A stretch of DNA of 64,000 bases from Candidatus Gastranaerophilales bacterium (GCA_944322785.1 CALUPW010000009.1:18497-82496); one strand, 5' to 3'. Shown: positions 1 to 8,860, numbered from the stretch's first letter. The notes: a model not told the origin generated them from the letters alone. Numbers and translations: made by a program.

Positions 1-185
1 CGCAACTATTTTTGTCATGTTAAAATTAATCATTTTTTTCTCCTGATTTTGTGTTCTCTGTCCTATTTATATAACTATCTTATTTATAATTTGAATTAAA
101 ACTTTACAAAATATAATATCTTCTCTATAATATATACAACAAATAAATTCAGTTTACTAGTAAAAAAGATGAGGAATTGAGATTT

Positions 186-1457
186 ATGAAAAAATTTTTA
201 GCAGGTTTGGTGGTCTTGTGTTTGACTGCTTTTAGTGCAATCCCGGCACTTGCAGGCGTTTCCATCAATGATGTGGGCGCAGACTACTGGGCAAACAAAG
301 AAATTGTTGATGTTGTTTCAAACGACATTATGGGACTTGATTCACAAAACAACTTTAATCCTGAAAAACAGGTTTCAAGAATTTGTTTTGTGAAAGCTTT
401 ATTGAAACTCTTATCAAATGATAATATCAATGTTTCAATAAAAAATTCATTCTCTGATGTTTCTGCATCAGACGCAAACTATGACAACATTTTGCGTTCA
501 CAGCAGTTAGGTCTTGTTTACGGATATCCCGACGGCACTTTCAAAGCCTCAAAACTTATGACCCGTGCAGAAACTCAATCTGTTATCAGCCATATTACTC
601 AGGATAAAGTTTCAGATGCTTCATCCCTGACATCATTTGCTGATTACAAAACAATTCCGTGCTGGGCTAAACAAGTTTATGCCAAAACTCTGGAATACGG
701 CATTTATGTAAATTATCCCAACGCAAACGAACTTCGTCCGAATGATATTTTGACAAGAGCAGAAGCTGCTGTTCTTCTTTCAAGATTAAAAGCAAAACTT
801 GACCTTGTTAAAAACGAATACAAAGGTGAAGCTGTAGAACATTTGGATGTAAAACGCAATGCACCCAGCAACGAAGTTTTAGTTTTGAAAAAATCTAACG
901 TAATTAAAGAAGGCAACGTACTTTCAATTGCCTTTACCGAAAAATTCAAATCAGAAGAAAGAGCTGCAGGCGAAGCAGTTTATTTTGTTAACGAAGAACC
1001 TATTTTTACTGAAGAAGGAACTTTGATTATTCCTGCAAACTCAAAATTCAACGGTACTATTTTGGGTATTGAAAAAGAGAAAAAATTTAACAAAAATGCC
1101 AGAGTTTACGTTCAAATTAACGAAATCGTTACGCCTGACGGTAATAAGGCTGCAATAAACGCAAAACCCTTCTATAAAAACTATGAACTTAAAGAAGGTC
1201 CTTGGATGACAGCCGGCAAATTACTTCTTTACACCGCCGGCGGTGCTGCAATCGGTACCGGTGCAGGTGTCGGTTTTGCATTCATTCCTAATCCGGCAAA
1301 TATCGGAACAGGTGTTGCTATCGGTACTCCTGTCGGTGCAGGTATCGGTTTAATTACCGGTTTAGTTACTCCGGGATTAAAATACCATGCAAAAGCCGGT
1401 GAAGAAATTTATGTAATTCTTCTTGAAGATGCGTCTGTTGCAAAACAGGCTTTATAA
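186..1457 (+). CDS. Secreted SLH-domain protein (three S-layer-homology repeats) with C-terminal glycine-zipper hydrophobic segment
   Basis: ORF 177..1457. ATG at 186 lies 10 nt after GAGGA (171-175). Signal peptide MKKFLAGLVVLCLTAFSAIPALA. Three SLH-like repeats (DVGADYWANKEIVDVV.., FSDVSASDANY..GYPDGTFKASKLMTRAE, FADYKTIPCWA..LRPNDILTRAEAAVLLSRL). C-terminus AGGAAIGTGAGVGFAF..GAGIGLITGL. Confidence 0.8.
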   Translation: MKKFLAGLVVLCLTAFSAIPALAGVSINDVGADYWANKEIVDVVSNDIMGLDSQNNFNPEKQVSRICFVKALLKLLSNDNINVSIKNSFSDVSASDANYDNILRSQQLGLVYGYPDGTFKASKLMTRAETQSVISHITQDKVSDASSLTSFADYKTIPCWAKQVYAKTLEYGIYVNYPNANELRPNDILTRAEAAVLLSRLKAKLDLVKNEYKGEAVEHLDVKRNAPSNEVLVLKKSNVIKEGNVLSIAFTEKFKSEERAAGEAVYFVNEEPIFTEEGTLIIPANSKFNGTILGIEKEKKFNKNARVYVQINEIVTPDGNKAAINAKPFYKNYELKEGPWMTAGKLLLYTAGGAAIGTGAGVGFAFIPNPANIGTGVAIGTPVGAGIGLITGLVTPGLKYHAKAGEEIYVILLEDASVAKQAL

Positions 1458-1480
1458 AAAGGTAAACTGAATAAAAAAAA

Positions 1481-1514
1481 AGAAGTCCGATAATTTTATC
1501 GGGCTTCTTTTTTG
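1481..1514 (+). terminator. Rho-independent terminator after the SLH gene
   Basis: Stem agaagtccgata / tatcgggcttct (one G-U or mismatch) followed by a T-run. Confidence 0.7.
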
Positions 1515-1635
1515 TCCGTTTCGGCTAGTTCGTTCGGCTTTTAGTTTTAAACTTTCGGGTATCGAATTTATATTTAAAACCTTTAAAATGAATATGTGGA
1601 TATAAATTATCCGTAAAGATTAAAGGAGTTTATGT

Positions 1636-1932
1636 ATGAAAAGATTATTTATGATGCTGGCATTATTTGGTTTATTTTTAATTCCCGCCCAGAGTGCAAA
1701 CGCATGGAGTGTCAGTCAGTTAAACCCTCTCCCGTATATCGGTATAGGGCATAATACAAGTACATTCAGCTTAAATCCGTTTACTGGATTTAAAAACTGC
1801 AACCCTTGCAAAGTTCGTAAGGCAGAGTGTGATCCTTGTAAAGCCAAAGTTATTGTTAATCCGTGTCCGAGATGTGTCAAAGCCTTTCCGGAAAGACAAT
1901 GTACCGGCTGCCGTATTATGTACGATTATTAG
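1636..1932 (+). CDS. Small secreted cysteine-rich protein, unknown function
   Basis: SD AAAGGAG upstream. Signal peptide MKRLFMMLALFGLFLIPAQSANA. C-terminal half has 10 Cys with repeated (N/D)PC(K/P) units (CNPCKVRKAECDPCKAKVIVNPCPRCV..CTGC). Confidence 0.55.
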   Translation: MKRLFMMLALFGLFLIPAQSANAWSVSQLNPLPYIGIGHNTSTFSLNPFTGFKNCNPCKVRKAECDPCKAKVIVNPCPRCVKAFPERQCTGCRIMYDY

Positions 1933-1981
1933 ATACTGTATCTAAAACGTCCGGAGATAATGTGTGAGACCGGCGTAATAT

Positions 1982-2019
1982 AAAAAGAACTCCTCTTTAT
2001 TATATGAGGAGTTCTTTTA
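1982..2019. terminator. Bidirectional terminator hairpin between convergent genes
   Basis: agaactcctc (1986-1995) / gaggagttct (2006-2015), flanked by A-run and T-run. Confidence 0.7.
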
Positions 2020-2032
2020 TAATATCGGTATT

Positions 2033-2869
2033 TTAATAAGCTATTTCTTCAAGAGTTTTGAATATTTTGTCCGTTATTTGCTGAATATATTCCTGACTAA
2101 CCATTCCGTTAATTACCGCATCAGATATCTGATATGCAGGGCGAATATATTCCTGAGCGGTGCGGTTAACATCTGCAAACTGCATGTCTGCTGCTGCCCC
2201 TGTTTTACCCCTCAGAGCTGCACGCTTATACCAGCGCTCTTTAATTACATCAAGCGGTGTAAATACATAGACTTTTACGTCCATAATTTCTCTTAAACCT
2301 TCATTCAAAACATAAAGTCCTTCAGTTAATATGACTTTTGCCGGTTTTTTAAGTTCTCCGTCAGGGTTACTTTCGCAGGTGACAAAATCATAAAGCGGAG
2401 ATTTTATTTCCTTACCTTTTTTTAAGGACATAAGGTGTTTTTTCATCAAATCCAGATCAATGGCTGCCGGTGTATCAAAGCTGAAACCGCTTTTAAAGAG
2501 TTCTTCATAACTTCCGGCTTCTTTTAATTCTTTTGAAGTGTCCTTGTAATAATCATCACATCTTATTACTGTATAAATTCCTTCTTTTTTCTCTTTGACG
2601 CAGGCTTTGATTGTGTTATCGACAAAAACGGTTTTGCCGGAAGCGCTTTCGCCAGTTATGCCTATTAAAAAAGTTTTTTTCTTTTCCTGAACAACCATGC
2701 GTGCAATATTCAAAATAAGATTATCAGCAGTTTTTAAAAACAGCGGCTGCGGTTGAAGTTTATCTTCTTCAAGAATTTTTTTTAATGCATCCACGATGGT
2801 TGATATAACTTCCATATCTCGTCTGCTTGAATAATAGTCATAACTTGTCAGCTGAAAATCTGTTTTCAT
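2033..2869 (-). CDS. Uridine kinase / phosphoribulokinase-family P-loop kinase
   Basis: Walker A IGITGESASGKT. Also CDDYYKD and LTEGLYVL blocks typical of the PRK/uridine kinase family. 278 aa with a ~60-aa N-terminal extension. Confidence 0.6.
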   Translation of the reverse strand: MKTDFQLTSYDYYSSRRDMEVISTIVDALKKILEEDKLQPQPLFLKTADNLILNIARMVVQEKKKTFLIGITGESASGKTVFVDNTIKACVKEKKEGIYTVIRCDDYYKDTSKELKEAGSYEELFKSGFSFDTPAAIDLDLMKKHLMSLKKGKEIKSPLYDFVTCESNPDGELKKPAKVILTEGLYVLNEGLREIMDVKVYVFTPLDVIKERWYKRAALRGKTGAAADMQFADVNRTAQEYIRPAYQISDAVINGMVSQEYIQQITDKIFKTLEEIAY

Positions 2870-3033
2870 AATTTGTTTTCTATCCTTTATAAATATATTT
2901 TCTTATATTTTACTTTAAAGTTATTTTAATTTCCCGTTATTTATAAATTTTGTAACAATATTATTTAAAACTTTAAAGATTTGGGAATTATAACCGTAAG
3001 AGTATTATGTAAAGTTAATTGGAGTATGTAAGT

Positions 3034-3207
3034 ATGTATCGTGACGAAATTTTTGAAAATGCTTTGCGTGAAAGAAGAGAAGAAAACTATTCAAACTTGA
3101 AAACCGAAATTTCATCTATGGAAGCGGCGATCGAAAAATTTTTAAACAATATTTTGGAATGTACAGCATCCGTATCAGAGCGTGACTTTAATGTAACAAC
3201 ACTATAG
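3034..3207 (+). CDS. Small hypothetical protein (57 aa)
   Basis: ORF 3019..3207. ATG at 3034 lies 9 nt after GGAG. The stop codon is embedded in a terminator hairpin. No recognisable motif. Confidence 0.35.
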   Translation: MYRDEIFENALRERREENYSNLKTEISSMEAAIEKFLNNILECTASVSERDFNVTTL

Positions 3208-3226
3208 TTTTTCTATAGTGTTGTTT
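3196..3226. terminator. Bidirectional terminator hairpin
   Basis: Perfect 12-bp stem acaacactatag / ctatagtgttgt with a ttttt loop, between convergent genes. Confidence 0.7.
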
Positions 3227-4718
3227 ATGCATACATTCCGTAACCGCTGTTAAGTCCGAAACCTTGCATAAAGGGTGTATTAAATTGACTAAACGGCATT
3301 GAAAATAAATTGTTCATGCTAAATCCGTTACTAAAGCCGGAAAGTGCAGTGAGTGAAGAATTTTCAAATGTATTGATTACATAATCAAGTTTTGCTATTG
3401 TTTCTTTTAAACTTGAGTTGTCATCAGCAGCCTTTTTTTCATCATCATGAGCTGCAACAGCTTTGGATGATGATTTTGACTTAGATTTCTTTTCAGAGTC
3501 TGAGGCTGTTTTTGTATCACTCTTTAAATCTTTTTGCGGAGTTTTCGATTCTGCAACTTCAGTGGTATCTGATTTCTCTGATATATTAAATTCACCGTTT
3601 TCTATTGCATTAGTAACATTTGAATATGAAGTTTCAACAACTTTATTTTCGACGCCTTCCTGACTATATTTATCGGCCGCAGTCAAAAGCACCTGTTCTA
3701 AGACCTGAGGGTTATTTTGGGCTTCTTTCGTTATTTGATTAGCAAGTTCATCATGAGCCTTATCAAGCTCGGATTTGCCAAAAAGTTTTTGCGCACCTTT
3801 TCCAGCAAAATAACTTGCTGTAAGACCTATTGCAGCCCCTAAAATACTGCCGACAAGTGTGCCTGCTCCGGGGATGACAGAACCGATTGCGGCACCCATT
3901 GCTGCTCCGGCTTTTGCCCCGACTGCGTATGCTGCTACCTGTGTTCCCGCAATAGCAAGTGTCCGGCCTGTTTGTTTAAGAGCTTTTTTTGTACCTAACT
4001 CTCGTTTTGTTTGAATTATTTCTGGAGCAGCGAATGCAAGATCAATACCTACCGCCGTCAGACAGTTTGCACGTCCGAATTTTGCAAGTTTTCTGAGATT
4101 TTTTGATTCGGTCAGCATTTCGGCTGTTTTTTTGCTTGCTTTGTTGTAGCCGGAATATTTTTTTACCGCATTCCAGGCTTTTCCACGCTTTGTGGTGGTT
4201 TGTGCTTGATTTGCAATTTTTGTTTCTCTAAGTTTTAGTCTTTCGTCTGCAATCTGTTTTTCAATTTCATCTAGTTTATTTGCATAAGCTTTTTTATCAA
4301 GATTTTTTAAATCATTAAAACTGTCTTTGACTTTTGTATAATATTCGTTGCGTTTGCAGTCGATAAGTCCTTTTTTCTGCTGCTGTGTATAGTTAGCTCT
4401 TTCAATATTTTTTATTTCAAGCTCCTGAAGTCTTCTTTGTGCATTTTGAACTTCCATTGCACGCTTGTAGTTTCGTACTGTTTCTTTTTGAGTTGTACCT
4501 TTCAAACTTTCTTCAAACTCTTTTTGAGCAGTCCATACGGATTTTCTGTTTTTCCAGTTAGGCGCAAGAGTATTGAATCCACGGAAAGCCTTTTCTGCAC
4601 CTACTGTCCATAAAAATGATGTTGTATCTGCGGAATATTCTTTTTCAACAGGTTCGTAGCCGAGTGCATAGCGTGTAACTGTTTTTAAATCATTATTAAC
4701 ATTAATACTGTCGCTCAT
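3225..4718 (-). CDS. Glycine-zipper / coiled-coil protein, unknown function (paralog of 4861..5703)
   Basis: 497 aa with no signal peptide. Lys/Glu-rich coiled-coil centre. Hydrophobic glycine zipper GAKAGAAMGAAIGSVIPGAGTLVGSILGAAIGLTASYFAG. Ser/Lys-rich tail ending NTPFMQGFGLNSGYGMYA. Shares LTAVGIDLAFAAPEIIQTK / ..LFGK / TPFMQ blocks with the next gene. Confidence 0.75.
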   Translation of the reverse strand: MSDSINVNNDLKTVTRYALGYEPVEKEYSADTTSFLWTVGAEKAFRGFNTLAPNWKNRKSVWTAQKEFEESLKGTTQKETVRNYKRAMEVQNAQRRLQELEIKNIERANYTQQQKKGLIDCKRNEYYTKVKDSFNDLKNLDKKAYANKLDEIEKQIADERLKLRETKIANQAQTTTKRGKAWNAVKKYSGYNKASKKTAEMLTESKNLRKLAKFGRANCLTAVGIDLAFAAPEIIQTKRELGTKKALKQTGRTLAIAGTQVAAYAVGAKAGAAMGAAIGSVIPGAGTLVGSILGAAIGLTASYFAGKGAQKLFGKSELDKAHDELANQITKEAQNNPQVLEQVLLTAADKYSQEGVENKVVETSYSNVTNAIENGEFNISEKSDTTEVAESKTPQKDLKSDTKTASDSEKKSKSKSSSKAVAAHDDEKKAADDNSSLKETIAKLDYVINTFENSSLTALSGFSNGFSMNNLFSMPFSQFNTPFMQGFGLNSGYGMYA

Positions 4719-4747
4719 AATTTTCCCTTTTAAATTTTCCCCGTATG

Positions 4748-4782
4748 TATATATAAAGTATTTTTATTCATAAAAATTGCCA
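4748..4782 (-). promoter_or_regulatory. Promoter of 3225..4718: TGGCAA - N16 - TACTTT followed by ATATATA
   Basis: Coding-strand reading is TGGCAAtttttatgaataaaaaTACTTTATATATAcat. The same architecture occurs upstream of 17654..18604, 25914..26810 and 47732..48262. Confidence 0.5.
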
Positions 4783-4789
4783 GTACCTG

Positions 4790-4826
4790 CGAAAAAGGAC
4801 TAAGTTTTGTTAAGCTTAGTCCTTTT
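4790..4826 (-). terminator. Rho-independent terminator after 4861..5703
   Basis: aaggactaag (4795-4804) / cttagtcctt (4815-4824), with a T-run on the minus strand. Confidence 0.7.
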
Positions 4827-4860
4827 CTCCGGGGATTAAAGGGTATGGAGTTGGAATTAT

Positions 4861-5703
4861 TTATGGGAGCGTACTAAAGTTGTTTTGATTGATTGTATGC
4901 GGCATCGTTTGCATAAAAGGATTTGTTGAGTTTAAACCGGTCGCATTTGCCGCTTGATTATACATCTGTTCCAGTTTCATAAATTCTGCATCATTTAGTG
5001 CAGTATTGCCGCCGTATGGCATTTTTATATTACTAAAATCCATTTGCGGTATATCTGTTGATGATTTATTTTCTTGATTTTTAGCCTGCTTTTCGGTGTA
5101 AGTTTTGCCGAATATAAATCTTCCAAGCATATCACCTCCGACAAAACCTATAGCGCCGCCAAGAAGCGGAATCGGAATAAGAGCCTGAGTAATTGCACCT
5201 AAAAGTGTACTAAGTCCTAGTCTTCCTGCCGTTTTTGCGGTTTCTCCGGCTCCGGTCAGCACTCCTTCCTCTTTAGTTGCTTTAAATATATTCGGCGCTT
5301 CAACTGCAAGCGTGATAACTGCACCGATTAGTGGCATTCTTTTGCCGAAGACTTTTCCTACACTTTTTAATTGTGCAATAAATTTAGATTTGCTGGCAGC
5401 CTCGGCGGCTTCACCTGCAAGTTTCCAATTATTTTTCAAATCCGGCCAGATACTTGTTAAACTCTTTTTAGTTGCTTTCCAGAAAGAACCACCGTTATCT
5501 GCAATTTGTTTTTCGTTATGCTTTACGGTAGCTTCAAATGCATCTCCAAAAGACCATTTTAGTCTGTCTTTAATAGGTGCTTGAAGATTTCCGCTGACAT
5601 TCCATGTCTCTTTAAATTTGTTGGAAAAAGCTTCATAACCTGTGCCGAATACAAATTCTGGATACATTTTTAAATAATTCATGGCAGTATTCATTGTAAC
5701 CAT
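4861..5703 (-). CDS. Glycine-zipper protein, unknown function (paralog of 3225..4718)
   Basis: 280 aa with no signal peptide. Contains PLIGAVITLAVEAPNIFKATK and GAITQALIPIPLLGGAIGFVGGDMLGRFIFGK. C-terminal Asn/Gln-rich tail with NPFMQ. Confidence 0.75.
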   Translation of the reverse strand: MVTMNTAMNYLKMYPEFVFGTGYEAFSNKFKETWNVSGNLQAPIKDRLKWSFGDAFEATVKHNEKQIADNGGSFWKATKKSLTSIWPDLKNNWKLAGEAAEAASKSKFIAQLKSVGKVFGKRMPLIGAVITLAVEAPNIFKATKEEGVLTGAGETAKTAGRLGLSTLLGAITQALIPIPLLGGAIGFVGGDMLGRFIFGKTYTEKQAKNQENKSSTDIPQMDFSNIKMPYGGNTALNDAEFMKLEQMYNQAANATGLNSTNPFMQTMPHTINQNNFSTLP

Positions 5704-5833
5704 ACTAACCTACCTTAAATTTACCTAACCTTATATTTATAAAAAAATATTTTTCTATTAAATTGCATTAAATTTTTATTTTATTACAAAATGTTAACAA
5801 TTAAATATTTTTGATTTCATAATAATATTTGAT

Positions 5834-5861
5834 TTGCAAACTTTTATTAAAGCTGTATAAT
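5834..5861 (+). promoter_or_regulatory. Sigma-70-type promoter TTGCAA-N16-TATAAT, 7 nt upstream of the ATG at 5869 (leaderless candidate)
   Basis: TTGCAA at 5834-5839 and TATAAT at 5856-5861. Only aaattat separates the -10 box from the ATG, and there is no SD. Confidence 0.6.
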
Positions 5862-5868
5862 AAATTAT

Positions 5869-6069
5869 ATGTATTGTGCGGATTCGAAAGTTTTTATAGA
5901 GGATGACGATTTGTGCATAAGTTGTGAAAATTATGTGCATGATTTGGAATGTCCGCTTCTTTCGGCTCTTGCACAGGGGGATGTTTTTCTAGAAGGTTCG
6001 CTTCAGGTGACGAATTGCGGATTTTATAAAGAATTTAAGCGAAATTTACATATAGTTAAAGGTGATTAG
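5869..6069 (+). CDS. Small Cys-containing protein (66 aa), translationally coupled to icd
   Basis: Cys residues at CxxxxxxxxxxxxCxxC..C..C. Its TAG stop is directly followed by the icd ATG (gattagATG). Function unknown. Confidence 0.45.
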   Translation: MYCADSKVFIEDDDLCISCENYVHDLECPLLSALAQGDVFLEGSLQVTNCGFYKEFKRNLHIVKGD

Positions 6070-7068
6070 ATGCACAATATAACTTTAATAAACGGTGATG
6101 GAATAGGTCCTGAAATATCGGATGCGGTTGTAAGAATAATTGAAGCTGCAGGGGTTGATATAAACTGGGATGTCCAAACAGCAGGCCAGGATGTGATTGA
6201 AAAGGATGGGACACCTTTACCTGAGCGGGTTTTAAATTCAATAAAGAAAAATAAAGTCGCTCTGAAAGCTCCTGTTACAACCCCGATTGGAAAAGGTTTT
6301 CGCTCAGTTAATGTGCAGCTTCGCAAGGAACTTGATTTGTATGCAAATTTAAGACCGTGCAAAAATCTGCCCAATGTCAAAACACGTTTTGAAAATGTCG
6401 ATATTATTGTTGTACGTGAAAATACGGAAGATTTATATGCGGGTATTGAGCGTCAGGTTGATGAAAATACTGCAGAAAGCATAAAAATTATTACCCGCAG
6501 GGCATCTGAAAGAATTTGTAAATTTGCATTTGATTATGCAGTTAAGAATACTCGAAAAGAGGTTTGCGTTGTTACAAAAGCAAATATTATGAAACTTTCA
6601 GACGGTTTATTTTTAGATGCATACAGAGAAGTTTCAAAAAATTATCCGCAAATAAATAAAAAAGAAATTCTTGTAGATAATTTGTGTATGCAGCTTGTAC
6701 AAAAGCCGGAACAGTTTGATGTACTTGTGCTGCCCAATTTATACGGTGATATAGTTTCTGATTTGTGCGCCGGTTTAATTGGTGGGCTGGGTGTTGCTCA
6801 GGGGGCAAATATAGGACATGATTACGCTGTATTTGAGCCTGTTCACGGCTCGGCTCCGGATATAAAAGGACAAAATAAAGCTAATCCGACGGCACTTTTG
6901 TTATCAGCAATCGAAATGCTTAAATATATAGGAGAGAACGATTGTGCGAAAAAAATTGAAAAAGCCCTGTTTTTGACGCTAAAAAGCGGAAAAAGTACAA
7001 TGGATTTAGGCGGAAATTTAGGAACTAAAGAATTCGCAGATGAAATAATAAAAAATCTGAAAAAATAG
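6070..7068 (+). CDS. icd: NAD-type isocitrate dehydrogenase (isocitrate/isopropylmalate dehydrogenase family)
   Basis: Motifs GDGIGPEI, SVNVQLRKELDLYANLRP (Ser-x-Asn as in isocitrate enzymes) and NLYGDIVSDLCAGLIGGLG. 332 aa. Isocitrate versus homoisocitrate specificity cannot be resolved by eye. Confidence 0.75.
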   Translation: MHNITLINGDGIGPEISDAVVRIIEAAGVDINWDVQTAGQDVIEKDGTPLPERVLNSIKKNKVALKAPVTTPIGKGFRSVNVQLRKELDLYANLRPCKNLPNVKTRFENVDIIVVRENTEDLYAGIERQVDENTAESIKIITRRASERICKFAFDYAVKNTRKEVCVVTKANIMKLSDGLFLDAYREVSKNYPQINKKEILVDNLCMQLVQKPEQFDVLVLPNLYGDIVSDLCAGLIGGLGVAQGANIGHDYAVFEPVHGSAPDIKGQNKANPTALLLSAIEMLKYIGENDCAKKIEKALFLTLKSGKSTMDLGGNLGTKEFADEIIKNLKK

Positions 7069-7090
7069 AGTCAGGATTTTTGACGACAGC

Positions 7091-7420
7091 TTAAATTAAT
7101 CCCAAATCTTTTAAAAATTTTTCGTTGTCTGCGAGTTCAGCCAATTTTTCATCTTCAAACGGGTCAACTACGCCATTTTTAAATCTTTCCTGCATCATTT
7201 CAATATGGGAAGTATTTTCAGGGTTTGAAGTTACAAGTTTTGAGAAGTTTTTGATATCGCACTGTTTTTCATACATTTCAACAGCCCGTTTTGAAAGACC
7301 GTCAAGAAAATCATTTTTTAGCGGTTCAAAATCTTGTGATATCGGATTAATCATTCCCTGAACTGCTTTTTGTTTATTTTGACCGTTTAATTTTGAAACC
7401 AGTTTTCTGAACATCTGCAT
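7091..7420 (-). CDS. Hypothetical protein (~109 aa)
   Basis: ORF 7091..7426. The ATG at 7420 has better spacing to GGGGGAA. No recognisable motif. Confidence 0.45.
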   Translation of the reverse strand: MQMFRKLVSKLNGQNKQKAVQGMINPISQDFEPLKNDFLDGLSKRAVEMYEKQCDIKNFSKLVTSNPENTSHIEMMQERFKNGVVDPFEDEKLAELADNEKFLKDLGLI

Positions 7421-7444
7421 ACACATTTCCCCCTATACATATTA

Positions 7445-7467
7445 TGCATTATTTTTCAAATAATGCA
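7445..7467. promoter_or_regulatory. Perfect 10-bp inverted repeat TGCATTATTT-N3-AAATAATGCA in a divergent promoter region (operator candidate)
   Basis: Read directly from the sequence. It lies between the start of 7091..7420 (minus) and the serS promoter, and overlaps the likely promoter spacer of the minus-strand gene. Confidence 0.45.
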
Positions 7468-7503
7468 ATCAATCTTAAGATTTAGCTGAGAGCTGATAAA
7501 ATC

Positions 7504-7532
7504 TTGATTATAATATTTCTTTAAACTATAAT
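7504..7532 (+). promoter_or_regulatory. serS promoter TTGATT-N17-TATAAT
   Basis: TTGATT at 7504-7509 and TATAAT at 7527-7532, followed by a ~30-nt leader with SD AAAGAGG. Confidence 0.65.
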
Positions 7533-7569
7533 GTTTTTGCTGAATAAAATAAGATGAAAGAGGTCTAAA

Positions 7570-8835
7570 ATGCTTGATATCAGATTAATTCGAGAAAACC
7601 CCGAAAAAATAAACGAACTTTTAAAAAGAAGAAACCCCGAACTTTCAATTGATGAAGTTATTAAGATTGATGAAGAAAGACGAAAAATTCAGACTCAGGC
7701 TGATGAATTGAGGGCAAAACGCAAAAAAGATTCTCAAATGATAGGAGAATTAAAGAAAAAAGGTGAAAATACCGATGCCGTGCAGGAAGAAGTACGTAAA
7801 ATCGGTGATGATATCAAAGCATTGGAAGAAAAACAAACCGAATTGGATGGAAAACAGCGTGACATACTTCTTCATATCCCGAATATTCCGGATGAAACAA
7901 CGCCGATAGGCGCATCAGAGGATGACAATGTTGAAGTTTACAAGTGGGGCGAACCCCGGAAATTTGACTTTGAATTTAAACCTCACTGGGATTTATGTGA
8001 AGAAAAAGGGCTGGTTGATTTTGAGCGGGGGGTAAAACTTTCTCAAAGCCGTTTTACACTTTACCGTGGCAAAGGGGCAAAACTTGAACGAGCCATTATC
8101 AACTTTTTCCTTGATTATCATTGCGGAGAACAGGGATATGAAGAAATTTTGCCGCCTTTTATGGCAAATGCAGCAACTATGACAGGCACCGGTCAATTGC
8201 CAAAATTTGCTGAAGATATGTATAAATGTGTTGATGAAGATTTGTACTTGATACCGACAGCGGAAGTCCCTGTTACCAATATTTATGCGGGTGAAATCTT
8301 AAATGAAGAAGACCTGCCTAAATATATGACGGCATATACTCCTTGCTTCCGTCGTGAAGCCGGTTCTGCCGGAAAAGATACCAGAGGTTTAATTCGTGTT
8401 CACCAGTTTAATAAAGTTGAACTTGTAAAACTTACTACACCTGAAACAAGCAAAGAAGAACACGAAAAATTGACCGAAGATGCTGAAAAAATGCTTCAAT
8501 TGCTTGAACTTCCATATCGACGTGAAGCCTTGTGTACTGCTGATATCGGTTTTTCCGCAAACAAATGCTGGGATCTTGAAGTCTGGATGCCGTCATACGG
8601 AACGTATAAAGAAATTTCAAGCTGCTCTAATTACGGAGACTATCAGGCAAGACGTGCAAATATCCGTTATCGTGAAAAGTCAACCGGCAAAGTAAGACTT
8701 GTACATACAATCAACGGTTCAGGTCTTGCAGTCGGCAGAACTTTTGCGGCAATTGTCGAAAATTACCAGCAAAAAGATGGAACAATTATAATTCCTGAAG
8801 TTTTAAGAAAATACACCGGATTTGATAAGATATAA
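7570..8835 (+). CDS. serS: Seryl-tRNA synthetase
   Basis: 421 aa. N-terminal coiled-coil arm [12 protein letters not shown]... Class II core motifs ([43 protein letters not shown]). Confidence 0.95.
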   Translation: MLDIRLIRENPEKINELLKRRNPELSIDEVIKIDEERRKIQTQADELRAKRKKDSQMIGELKKKGENTDAVQEEVRKIGDDIKALEEKQTELDGKQRDILLHIPNIPDETTPIGASEDDNVEVYKWGEPRKFDFEFKPHWDLCEEKGLVDFERGVKLSQSRFTLYRGKGAKLERAIINFFLDYHCGEQGYEEILPPFMANAATMTGTGQLPKFAEDMYKCVDEDLYLIPTAEVPVTNIYAGEILNEEDLPKYMTAYTPCFRREAGSAGKDTRGLIRVHQFNKVELVKLTTPETSKEEHEKLTEDAEKMLQLLELPYRREALCTADIGFSANKCWDLEVWMPSYGTYKEISSCSNYGDYQARRANIRYREKSTGKVRLVHTINGSGLAVGRTFAAIVENYQQKDGTIIIPEVLRKYTGFDKI

Positions 8836-8860
8836 AAAGGCTCCCGATAGGGAGCTTTTT
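8834..8860. terminator. Bidirectional terminator hairpin after serS
   Basis: GCTCCC-gata-GGGAGC flanked by an A-run and a T-run. Confidence 0.65.

Noticed and set aside
1515-1545. Short imperfect direct repeat ccgtttcggcta / gttcgttcggctt downstream of the first terminator
   Set aside because: There are only two degenerate copies of about 12 nt with no associated feature. It is likely chance.
6056-6380. Antisense or alternate-frame ORFs nested in long genes. Examples are 6056..6241, 6066..6380, 713..949, 2078..2296, 3463..3663, 5312..5584, 8435..8695, 9612..9878, 10759..11019, 16233..16569, 19069..19314, 31133..31631, 39099..39764, 48863..49234, 52004..52218, 56497..56806, 59104..59644 and 62654..62932.
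   Set aside because: Each lies entirely inside a longer ORF with a clear family assignment or a coherent protein. Their translations are low-complexity or Cys/Phe/Ser-rich, as is typical of wrong-frame AT-rich DNA.
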